Below are positions 27,107 through 38,200 of a stretch of 64,000 bases of DNA, in pieces; position 1 is the first letter of the stretch; each line of letters opens with the position of its first letter. Made by a program: the position numbers and the translations under genes. The notes beneath the pieces were generated by a model that was not told where the DNA came from, ran no database searches, and saw only the letters and a program-made list of their open reading frames with translations. The stretch is from Moniliella sp. 'wahieum'. Its lineage: Eukaryota. The DNA is taken from the NCBI GenBank assembly GCA_003971905.1, contig RSEE01000008.1, positions 248,001 through 312,000 of the forward strand. The letters run 5' to 3'.

Positions 27107-28432
27107 ATGTTGAAGGCAGCCGTCGGGGAGAAACGGGGAAAAGAAGGGAGGAAACAGACCAATGAGAAAAGGAGTATGGTCGAGCGTGGTGTGTTGGTGG
27201 GAAAAGGATGACTGTGTGAGACCAATACAAAGAACTCTTTAGCTCGTGTACATAAAGGTACCGCGTTAAACTTTAAACGTTAAACGTTAGCCGTTGATGC
27301 ATGCATGATGGCTGGAAGGTGGATGCGTATTCAACTGTTGAGTACACTGAGTTACCAAATACTCACAGTACGAAGTCCATGAGGTTCGAAGTGCCGTGGG
27401 AAGAGGGGTTTACATACTGAGGAATACTATAGTTGCAAGACTTGTGCAGGGGCACCGGGTACCAGGATGGTCACTGGCTGGTCCCCAGCGATCATCGACC
27501 GGGCGTGGTACCCCAATGCACCAGTATACCGGTGTGCTTTAATACGTACTGGTGCCCCTGATGTCAATGTCACCGGCACCGAGCCCCGCTGCGCAACACC
27601 AGAATGTTCGCCGCCACATCAAGCTTCAAGACGTGGGCACAGTGACAATCTTGCTTCCCTACCAGTCGCAACACATGTCAATTCTAAGCCACTGATGCAC
27701 ATGCACAGAGATTTCTGTGAACGTTGAACCCTACTGAGCACTGAGCCCCACCATCGTATAACAACAAAAGTAATTGCCATGATGCCATTCCCAACTTTGG
27801 TCACTGAAAAGCATTTGCCCTAAAAGAGGGGAGATGGAGATGTCATCGCAAGAGAGGAGCACGTCAGGGGTAGAACATAGGGGGGAGTCGGATAGAACAA
27901 CGTCGGACATAATGTGTGATCAGCTACATGCGTGATGGCGCTCACTCGGTTGTGGCCACCGCCAAAGGGTTGGCGGATCCTATCGCTTAATACCCTGTCG
28001 TCTCGTCATTCTATCTCTCAAGCTTCATGGTCCACGGGCTTCACATCACGCTGCATCATAACCGCGTGTGGCAAATCAGTCCCTATAATATCCCTACTTT
28101 TTCAATGCCCCTCGCTGCATAGCAGCCACGCTCTGGCAACCCAGAGTGGGCGCAATGGAGGACGGAGCGTAGGACTGCGAGCTTGTACTAAGTGTTGGCG
28201 TGTAGTTGATAGACGTGGGCGAAGGAAGAAAGGAAAGAGATCGGCGTGCAGACCTCGCTCTGCAGAGTCTAAATACCTCAGCCTCACATGGGCCTCACAG
28301 GATGTTCTCAAAGCTCACCACAAAAAACTATCAAGACGACGATGAATGGGTAAGCAAGCGTTGCCAGGTGTAAAAATGTTAGGAAACGATGGGATGCAAA
28401 TGCAACCGTGTAAACTCTCCCGCCTTCTCCCG

Positions 28433-29567
28433 CTAAAGACGAGTACCGGGGGTGCCGAGGAAGGCGGATACCGATGCCGCCGTCTTGGACGACGTTTCTT
28501 TCTAGTACCTCATACGGGTTAGCACATCGCCAAACAGCAAAAGAGGTGGAACGCACAATGAGGTTCGACACTGCTTTGAAGTCCGGATGCTTTGCATCGG
28601 CCAGCAGTTGGAATAGCAGACTTTCTGAGGTAGTGATGACTGCGCCCGCGTTGCGCATGAGCTACACCAGCAGGAAAGAAAGGCAAACGAAGTGTCAGTA
28701 CTATGGGTATTGGCCAAGGGGTAATAGCGAAAGAAATTTGCGTACCCCAAGAGCAGGCCCAATTTCACCTGGGTTGGAGCTGACTCCATCGGTCAGGACG
28801 AAGACGTTGTACCCCTTTTCCCTCAAGTCAAGAACCGTCTGCAGGACACAGACGTGCGATTCTGACCATTCCAAGCCCAGGCAGGCCTACAGGTCAGCAC
28901 ACCATTTGCAAACCGCAATCCAGGAAGGACAACGCACCAATCCCAAAGATAATCACATCCCGCACGCCATCCGGCTGAGCATTGGCCAAAAATTTCTCGG
29001 CGGGGGGGATGAGCATGCTGAACTTGGTTTTTGCCTCAATGTTCACCTTCCAGCCGGGAACTTGTCCAGGATGGTCGTCAGCTCGTAACAGTCGGGCCCA
29101 ATCCTGTATGTAAACCAATCAAAGTCAGTCAGCATTGCCGCCATACACAAGTGGTTCAGCCAGTATTACCCGAGGATATTGTTCGGTGACAAACACGGGC
29201 AGCTGCAACATGTGAGCTGCACTCAGCGTCTTAGCTGCCGTGTTGATGAGTTCAGGGTAGCGCCACATGACGGGACTGGTACACGATGTGGGGGAACGCG
29301 ATCAGTATTCAGGAATCGAAGTTCGTTGCGTTTTGTACTCACCGGAACTGCATGGCACGACGAGGAAGATAAGCAAGGAAAGAGACAAACCACACACCGT
29401 GCAACGTTGACAAGCATCACAGGCGATGGGGAGGTCAGTATGTGTCAATATCGCGACGAAAATCGGAGGGGTTTCTGTACCTTCTCTTGGATATCACAGA
29501 GGAAGACGGCGCTGCGCTCTCGCAGGATACGGGGCACAACATGGGAAGCAGTCGAGGTGATGGACAT
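28433..29567 (-). CDS. Isochorismatase-domain protein (ISOC2/YcaC-like cysteine hydrolase family), multi-exon with 5-nt microexon
   Basis: Splicing gives [28 protein letters not shown]...PVFVTEQYP. Later motifs [70 protein letters not shown]...GTRL*. Introns have canonical donors and branch points; there are some 1-nt indels. Confidence 0.9.
29343..29347 (-). other. 5-nt microexon (TTCCG) of the isochorismatase gene
   Basis: CATGCAG|TTCCG|GTGAGT on the minus strand. It is needed to encode the conserved QEK-F-R-P junction between exon 29481-29567 and exon 29170-29275. Confidence 0.85.
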
Positions 29568-29898
29568 GGTGGGGTTGAAGGTGGTTGGGGGGAGGTAGAA
29601 GGTGGTCCGGGGGGAAGCTGGAAGCTGGGATGGTGTTGAATGATAGGCCGCGGTCATATACGCTCTTGTCGGATCCGCATGCGGCGCTGCAGGGCGCTGC
29701 TTGGCTGCGGCCGCGCACGGGCCTTGGTTGGGGCGATGTGGGGATTCCCACGATTATCGATTACGGTTACCGGTTACCGCGCCGGTTACTGGGCTCCGGT
29801 TTTCGGTTCACGCGTCACGTGGTCACATTCACAGGTGACCCGGTGACGGCCACCAGCCGATCATCGGTCAGCGCTGAGGCTCCGCTGACTGGTGACTA

Positions 29899-30155
29899 GG
29901 TGACTGCTGTCCGCTGTCCACCCAATTAAGTAGGGTTGCTCGGCATGCTGAGGCGCTGAGGCTCAGCCAGGCTCAGCCCTGGAGCCTGCAGCTTCACAAC
30001 GGCCGCGGCAGTAGCGAGCACAAAATTTCATTTCTGGCATTGGGTAGAGGAAGCGGGAAACCAGTTCAACCCTAGTGCACACCCGTGCTGCGGCACATTT
30101 CCCGCCGCTAGGGTTCGTGTGTGCCAGTACCGCCCTGTGTCCCATGCACCCTACC
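29899..30155. promoter_or_regulatory. RPL43 promoter with telo-box/Homol-E-like (AACCCTA) sites, Homol-D-like GGTGACTG and RRPE-like AAAATTTCA
   Basis: TAGGGTT 29931-29937, AACCCTAG 30068-30075, CTAGGGTT 30108-30115, ACCCTACC 30148-30155, GGTGACTG 29899-29906, CAAAATTTCA 30021-30030. Confidence 0.55.
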
Positions 30156-30191
30156 TCTACACCACCTGGACCGCTTCAGTACACTAGCACA

Positions 30192-30632
30192 ATGGTAAGT
30201 TGCCGCTTGGCCCCTGGAGTGGGTGCTGGTTGTGAGGAGACGATGACGCCGTGATGCTCGGTCTAACGTTCGACCTGCCGGTGCACGCAACTACGGGGCC
30301 TTGCTTGACCCACGCAGCCCACAAGATCTTGCCTACTAACATTTCTTTCTCGTCCAGTCCAAGCGCACGACGAAAGTCGGGATCACCGGCAAGTACGGTA
30401 CCCGTTACGGTTCCACCCTCCGTCGCCAGGTGAAGAAGATTGAGATCTCGCAGCACGCCCGGTACACGTGTGCGTTCTGTGGCAAGGACGCTGTTAAGCG
30501 CCGTGCTCTTGGCATCTGGGACTGCCGCGCCTGCAAGAAGCAGGTTGCCGGCGGCGCATGGGCCCTGTCCACCACGGCCGCTGCCACGGTCCGCAGCACC
30601 ATCCGCCGTCTGGTGAGCTCTCGGATGCCTAA
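30192..30632 (+). CDS. RPL43: 60S ribosomal protein eL43 (L37a)
   Basis: ATG|GTAAGT, intron 30195-30357 (TACTAAC branch, CAG), then [43 protein letters not shown]...[17 protein letters not shown]...TVRSTIRRL. Restoring one C at about 30612 gives the usual RELSDA* ending at TAA 30630-30632. Confidence 0.97.
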
Positions 30633-31579
30633 GCGACAATCCTTATGTCTTGGTCGTAATCTCTAGTCTGTGACTCCAACGCAGCCTTTCTCACCTCATT
30701 CCCACCCCACTACCCTGTCGCCTTTTCCCCATTATGCACTCGTGGGACTGGCCGGGTGGACAAGTCACTGACTTCTCGCCCGCCGGCCTCCAGCACTACC
30801 TTTGGGCGTACTCTCACCCGAGGGGCGTGTTCTCCTACCCGCCCTTTTGGAGGGGGGGTCCGGGCGTCTGTGGTTCATGCCGCTGAACAGCCTGCAAAAG
30901 CCCACCATGCATGCCATCTATGCATCCGCACTCACTGCTGTATAGATAAGACCGTGTCAGGAGTTGCGGATGTATAGGATGCGATCGATGGTGGATGGAT
31001 GAACGTGTGTATTTATGCCCCTAGCGGCTATTCGGGTTTCCTGTTTAACCACCAGCACTGCCACCCAAATGCAGATGTGAGGAGGCCTGAGGCTCAGCTG
31101 GATGAGGTTAACAATGTATGTTGCCCAAGCGGGGAGTAGCGCGAGGGGGCGAGACCTGTGAAATGTGGGAAAGGCGAGATGACGGAGGCACTGAGGCTGG
31201 GGATGTGATGCGGAGCAAGGAGTGCGTGGAGCAACGCGCCGCACTTGAAATTTGAAAGCTGTGGAGTGGCTCATATGTGGCTCTGGCCCACCGGCCGGCA
31301 GGGCACACCCCACACTGCGCCCCCACCCACTGTGCCCCACTGTGCCCCCGCTGATCCTTGGATTGAAACTCCAAGCTAGATCGTACGTTGCACTCTGCCG
31401 GACTATTATAATCCAGCTGCTGTCGCCGCAGATCCGCTTCGATCAGCGGCCGCTCAGCCACCCGACGGGCTGATCGGCATTCTTTCTATTCGCAGCCCCA
31501 CATGCTGATGCCCAGGCTAAGACGAGCGTCCAGCACTTCCTCCCCCCGCTCCATCACCACACTCTCTCAGCTGTCGCCA

Positions 31580-33112
31580 ATGGCACGCGCCCTCGTTTGC
31601 CAGCCTCCTTGCCCTCCTGCTCCCAGCCCCGGGCATTCAGGCTCGCACAGTACACACTTCCAGTGGCACTTACACCTCGGTAGCGAGCCGCGTGTCGGGC
31701 GTCAGCGAGTTCCGCAACATTCCCTACGCCCTGCCCCCCACTGGCGCCCGCCGCTTCCATCCGCCCCACCCCATCAATGGCTCCCCCTCGGCTCGGCCCA
31801 ACAAGCGAATGACTACCCCCCTTCTGCCCCAGTGGGTCACAGCGCCCAGCGAGTACAAGTCTGTTTGGAGCGAATACTTTTGGTACACCTCCCTCGGGGG
31901 AGTCAACCAGACCGAGACGGGCATGAGCCCTAGGAGCCAGGAAGACTGTCTCCGTCTCGCGATCTGGACCCCCTCCAAGGCAAAGAAGGGGGACAACCTT
32001 CCTGTCGCCCTTTCTTTCCTGGGGGTGGATTTGTTTCGGGAGGCGTCGACGTTCCAGTTCAAGTTCCTGCCCAGTGGGTGGGCCGTTCGCAGGAACATAT
32101 CGTCGTTACCGCCAACTACCGCCTCGGCATTTTGGTTTTAGCAACGCCCGGGGCGTCACTCGCAAGAATGTAGGAATTCTGGATCAGCGGGCAGCACTCA
32201 AGTGGTTGCCGACAACATCGCCCGCCTTTGGGGGCGATCCAAGTCGCATTACAATCGGGGGCAGTCCGCGGGTGCGCAGTCGGTTGACTTTCATGCGTTT
32301 GCCTGGCCGGACAACTTGATGCCATGGCATTTTTGCCCAATCAGGCGTGGCGGTCAAGCCACAACCATTTAAGGACGTGGAGGGGACCAACTTTACGTCG
32401 GTTGCTCATGGTGGGATGCAAACACCGCAACTGCTGAGTCTGAACTACAGTGCATGCAAAAGGTGTCGGCCTCTGACATTCTTGCCTGGGTCGCCCACCA
32501 TGGAAACAAGGTGAAATTTGGGCCAACTCCAGATGGAAAAGTTATCTTTGACGACTATGCCGCTCGTATGGCCGAGGTCGCTTCGCTCACGCCCCCATTA
32601 TCATCTCGAATGCTGCAAATGGGAGGCGAGCTTGGTTGACTTCCCTTCGAATGAACGTGGGACCTGATCGAGCACGACGAACGCTGAGACGATGCGTCGA
32701 TTCATCTGCCCTTCGTCCAACAGCTCGGCCTTGCGGCATAAGACGGGACGCATCACGTATCGTTATCAATTGCGGGGCAGTTCAGCCAGTTTCAGACCAA
32801 CTTCCTCATGCATGGCTTGCCTCGGCCCACTCATCGGATCTGAGCCCTTTCTTTGGCACGTACGACCTCACTGCGACAGATGCGCCACCGGGACAAGTGA
32901 GCAGGATCGAGCGAGAGACGGCCCATGGATGCAAGACTACTGGCTTTCCTCAAAGACCCTATTCGGGTCCGGCTGCCGCGGGGTGGCACCCATATGCTTA
33001 CCCTGGCTCCATTCTTCGCTTTGGGGCCGATGGCCAAAGTGTGCAGAGCGTGTCGGGTTCCGAAATTGACGGACCGTGCCGGGGGGTAGGCACTTACAAT
33101 CCCCATCCGTGA
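31580..33112 (+). CDS. Secreted type-B carboxylesterase (alpha/beta hydrolase); heavily frameshifted, could be a pseudogene
   Basis: Signal-peptide-like start (SFASLLALLLPAPGIQA in a shifted frame). Motifs EFRNIPYALPPTGARRF, EDCLRLAIWTP, NYRLGI, NVGILDQRAALKW, FGGDPSRITI, nucleophile elbow GQSAG at about 32258-32272, AHSSDL. Ends GPCRGVGTYNPHP*. Confidence 0.85.
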
Positions 33113-34626
33113 TCGAGGATGTTCTTTTCTTTTTCCGCCTGTACATCATTGTTGCTTTGTTGGTTCTTGGTCGAGTCTCTGCGGCGTGGGCTCAGCACCT
33201 TCCACTATCACCATCATAATGTCACACAGGAGATGTTACCATGTTTCTGGTTACCTTTGCTAAAACGATCTCCTACACACTTCTTTTCTCGAGTAAAGCG
33301 ACGCACTGTACGAATTCATTACTACCTCCGTGTTTTTTCCTACCTCTCCTTCCATTTACGCTTGTTGAGACCTTGTGCTCTAGAACGACTCTCGGTACCC
33401 TTTCCCAGTCTCCAGTCATGTAGTCAGGCTTGAAGACGTTGGTTCCCTATGTTTCACTCTTTTTGCCGCAGAGATTGATCCTTCTTACGAGCCAATACAA
33501 ACCCATAGGATATCACGGTGTGCCTCCGTAGCCAGCTTAGGGAGGGGCAGTGAACGAACTCATTCATCCCCCAGGGCGATACCGACTGGGGAAACCACTA
33601 CATCAACCGTTCGTTGTTATCGAATCGATGAGACCTTAACTTGGCATGGATCTGTGTTTCTGCCTGCATATCCTCTTCCACAACATGGCCGTTGCTCCCG
33701 GTGACGCCGAGAAGGGCGTTATCTTTTCAAAGCACCCTGTGCCTGTGCCACACCACAGAGGCTAACGTCTCTCATAAAGGTCGGACCCCACCAATACCGT
33801 GTGTTCGGTCGCCACTTGGGCCACGCTGAGGGCTACACCTACACTAATGGTAAGGCCAACAACAAAAGGCCGTTGTGTTGCCGGATGAAAACGCCATGTT
33901 TGACTAATTCCTCAACCCCAAGAAGTACATTGGCATACTTGGTACCAGCACGGCCTAATCGTCCTGGTGCCCTCTTAGTCTCGCCCCCACCGCACTCCTA
34001 GTATCTGTCCCTCTCTTTCCCCCTATGGACGACTATTAACACCTGCTCTATCCCTTAGAGATGTTATGGTGGTCTCGAGAAGAAAAGAGACCGCAGTGAT
34101 CTCATTACCTATACCTCAAAGAGGCGACCGGTTGGACTTGGTGTGCCAACTAGAGGCTTTTTGGTTGCATCGCACCAAGGGGAGGTAATCACTTTTTCCC
34201 ATCATCCCTGTCCAAGCACCCCATCCCCTCTTGGGGAGAGTTCTCACCCTGAAAAGCTGCAGAATCCAATTAGGTAGAGCCCTTCCTCTCAACCCTCGCG
34301 GCGACAATGGTCGTCGAGAGAGGGAGTGGCTATGAACCAGGGCGATGCCGTCGTCCTTGGCAGCTACTAGCTACACTTACGTCATTGAGTGCAAAATGAT
34401 TATATCGAGGGGATTGGTGCTAAAACATATTGGGTTAAGTGGGTTAAGGGCAACCCCACCTGGGCATCGAAAGGGGGTGTCGGTCGCCATGGTGGCGTAG
34501 TATGCTACATGGCGCGGGCTGACGATCAGCCTTGAACCTCCTGGCCACAGTGCTCCCCGGCTAAGTGATAATAAGATCTAGGGAGCAGTTAGGTTTCTTT
34601 GCCCTTTCTTGAGGCCAGACGGGGCA

Positions 34627-35262
34627 TTAAGCACTAGGCGGTGCTTGGTCCACGTTCAAGTCATGGATCTTGCCCGAAGGAAGGTCGTAAATCCAGCCAT
34701 GGATGGTGACCTTTGGAGTGCCAGTGATGGGAGATGCAATACCCTTCCAATTGTCCTGCACCACGGGCGACGCTGCAACATTGGCCACCTGTTCAGCGAC
34801 CGAAGCCTCAGTAACCAATTGAGCCCAGGTGTGCTCGTCGGCGTCGGGCTGCTCCTTGCGAATCTTGCTGGCCAAAGCAGAGAGCGGGGAGAGGTAGCGC
34901 GCCAAAGGCGTTTGTGGCACAGTCGTATTGGACGATTCCTGAGACGCTGCCACACAGGCTGCGTGCACGCCTCCGCACGAGGTGTGACCCACAATCACGA
35001 TATGTTCCACCGCCAGGCCCTGGATGGCGTAGGTCAAGGCAGCCAACGTGGTGTCGTCCACCGGAGAAACCTGAGCGGCAATGTTGCGTACGACAAAGCA
35101 GTCCCCTGGCTGGGAGCCCGTCACACTGCCTTCTGGAACACGCGAGTCGGAACAGCCAATCCAGAAGACCTTGGGCGCTTGGCCCTTGCTCAGAGTGGCC
35201 AGCAGCTCGGGCGGAGCAGTGGAAGCCCACGTAGCGTTACCTTGAAGGAGTGTAGTGGCCAT
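34627..35262 (-). CDS. Beta-class carbonic anhydrase (Nce103-like)
   Basis: Intact 211-aa ORF with GQAPKVFWIGCSDSRVP, FVVRNIA, HIVIVGHTSCGGV (Cys/His/Cys zinc ligands) and IHGWIYDL. Confidence 0.96.
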   Translation of the reverse strand: MATTLLQGNATWASTAPPELLATLSKGQAPKVFWIGCSDSRVPEGSVTGSQPGDCFVVRNIAAQVSPVDDTTLAALTYAIQGLAVEHIVIVGHTSCGGVHAACVAASQESSNTTVPQTPLARYLSPLSALASKIRKEQPDADEHTWAQLVTEASVAEQVANVAASPVVQDNWKGIASPITGTPKVTIHGWIYDLPSGKIHDLNVDQAPPSA

Positions 35263-38200
35263 GATGGATGTTGTTCAAAACGTAACAGGTAAAGGCGATG
35301 GTTACCGATGGATGGGAGGAATGGCGATAGGGCGAGAAAATGATAGACTACCACAACAATAGAGGTGCTTCAGGATTCCTAGTCCACGGGGATTCAGTAT
35401 ACGCAGGCACTCGCACCGCTCGAGGGAGAGATTCGAGAAGTAGGGAGTCGAGGTAGATGTGGTGGTGAGCCCGGACGGGATATCTGGTGTGGGGGTGTCA
35501 GAGCCATAGCCTCTCTGACGAGAGTGAGAGATATAGTTTTCGGGTCAGAATCATTATGCATTACGCGTTACTCGTTACGCGATAGGCCTCCTCTCGCGAA
35601 ATCAGTGACCACCCTCTGATGTTAAAGCTTGCGGTTTGTGGACACTCAGCCTGCGCTCAGCGGCTCAGCTCGCTCAGCCACCTCAGGCCTCAACGTTCAA
35701 CGGCTCAGAGCGATCACTGTGGTGGATTGGCGTCCAGGTACACCATGATACCGCCCACCTGCTGAATGGTGTGCTGATCGCGCAGGACAAGCGTACCCTC
35801 CACCCTACCAAGGAGGAGCAATAGAGATAGCCACCTGCGGAGGTAAGATGTATGACAAGATTACAAAAGCTTTTGAGCATCATCATCTCCCGCAATAGGC
35901 AGCTACTAAAAAGCATTACCGGCAAAACGCATAACCCTAGTAGCATGTAAGACCCCTGCGCCACACTCAGCGCCCACTCAGTACTCAGCCGTCTCGGCTG
36001 CGCCGAAGGAGGGAGGCAGAGGTACGTGTCAATGTGTAATACACACAGGCATCTGCAAGCCTCTGCGGAACGCCGGGACAAGGCGCTGGATCGATTGTTC
36101 GAGCAGACCGGATTGTGCGCAGAAATGGAAGTACCAGGGTGTATCCCGTGCCCCTTCCTTCCCATGACATGCACATCATTAATCATTGCTTACCGTATGG
36201 TTCATCAAATCGATGGCCGCTCTCACATAATGGCCCAGCACTGCGCACCTCCGTGTCCACACGTATTACACTACGCACGCCACATCTGATGCTTTTTTGA
36301 AGAACGAATCAATTAGCCTCAGGGGGAAGTGGCTGGTATATAGGGTAGCGGATGAGGATAGACGTACGTGTGTGGTGGTGACCGGTGAGGCCAGGTGTGG
36401 CGGTATTCTAAGGGAACCAGGGAGAGGGGGTACCCATGCAGCAAAAGAGAGAAAGCGATGTTTTGCGGACAGATATTGGTACAGACCGGGTGCAAGTGAT
36501 GCATGTCCCCGGCCACGTCAGACACGAAACGCCTTTTGCCTCACATATGTCACAGGCCTGCGCACTCATAGTAATAGCTCTTTGGACGCAGAGGGACGCA
36601 TAGCACGGGGGAAGTGTTCTGTGCACTCTGCTCTTGCAGGGGTGAAAGCACACTGCCTCTCTGCGGTGTGGGCACTAAGGGCGGAAGCTTAAAATAACAC
36701 TACAGTACGCGACTTAGAAAGCGCTTTTTGGTATTGCCAACACACAATCGATAGCACCTACTAGTCTGCCATTTTGTTTTGTGACGGGCTCAGTGCTGGC
36801 TACACAGGAGTGATACTTACGGTGAAGCCCAGAGCATAACTGTAGCGCTGCCAGCTGCATTGTCAGTAAAAGCACCCATCTTCTCGCCTCTCCATCTCCC
36901 TGCGTACACGCGCGCACTATCGCATGACTTACACCATTATCCCTTCCATCCTCACCTCATACCCTCTACTGCAGTGTTACGGGTGAGCCCGCGGTGAGCA
37001 CCAGCTGCAGTACAACATGTCACCCGATCCCGCAGCTTCATCCCCATGTACTAGTCCCTCAAGAAGAGCTTTTAATTTGACTGTGTGCCAACTGCCCTGT
37101 AATAATGACCACCAAATAACGGAATTAAGGAGAGGGCGGGAGCGATCAAGAATATGGCTCTGACGAACAGTATAATAGCTTTCCCAGCATTCAAAGGAGA
37201 GAGGAGCGTACCGAGCAATGACTTTCTCTCCGATGGATGGAGGGGGAGAGGCATGTGCAGTGGCGATCGCATGCTCAGATACCCATCCTCGGAGCCGATG
37301 GAGGCTACCTTTGCATATGCGTACTAATCGAACCGCCTTATATTAGGAGGAGAGCGTGATAGCATGCGAAGTCGGGACGAAGATCGAACAAGCAGTTCCA
37401 AGTCTATTATACATTCTTGTCTGTGTTGTGCCTGATGATGCAACCTATTACTCCTGCCCCTTCTTCTGTGCCCACACATTCAACACATGACCGTCTTGTT
37501 GGCTGTGTCCACCTACCTCTCTCCCGTGACCGCTTGCCTACAGTAGTGACCACAGGCAACACTTCATCTCTCCACTTCCATATGTCAGTAGGGTCTCTTC
37601 CGCCAATCAGGGTGCGTAGCCCATATGCCTCGGTAAGCCCCTACTATCGTTCACTGGAAGATCTGAGCTCCAGGCGCTGGCAGAAGACGCCATAACAGTA
37701 TGGTGCCCAACTCGTCCCTATTTTGTTCGCAGGGTGAACTGTGAACGTTGAACAGACATCACCTAATATGATAATCTCAAGATCAATACTACCGTTCCGT
37801 TGAAGAGTGACCGTCGCGACTGTCTAGTAATACTGAAGGGCAATCTGCTGTGCGAATAGATAATGGACGAAGAGAGGAAACACTTTTTGTTAATGCAAAG
37901 AGTACTGGCCGTCGACAAACCGAAGGACTTGGCGTGCCCCATCACTCAAGGGGCTAGTTTTACGAAGCAGTGTCGTTCTGTGTTCCCAGAAGATGCTCTC
38001 CACGCGGTCGCAGGGATTCGCCGCGCTCGGACAGGTGCAGGAAGTCGGGGGAGATGAAGGAGGATGTAGATTAGGTTGAAGGGCGGAGAAGGGCAACATT
38101 ACAGGCATTGCAGACATCCTCTGTTGTTCCGCGCGAGAGGGAGAGGGTGGTGGCAACGACAGCAGTGACTTGCACAGTTTTGCGTTCAGTAGACCTTTCT

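Noticed and set aside
27380..27395. tRNA-like GGTTCGAA B-box
   Set aside because: No cloverleaf stems or A-box around it.
30195..30357. Intronic C/D snoRNA in the RPL43 intron
   Set aside because: Weak C-box-like words are present but there is no CTGA D box or recognisable rRNA guide.
30613..30800. Second intron in RPL43 starting GTGAGC
   Set aside because: No downstream exon gives the expected ending; a single missing C yields RLRELSDA*.
34430..34450. Telomere-like GGGTTAAGTGGGTTAAGGG / possible telomerase template
   Set aside because: Two imperfect copies only, not TTAGGG, and no supporting telomerase RNA features identifiable.
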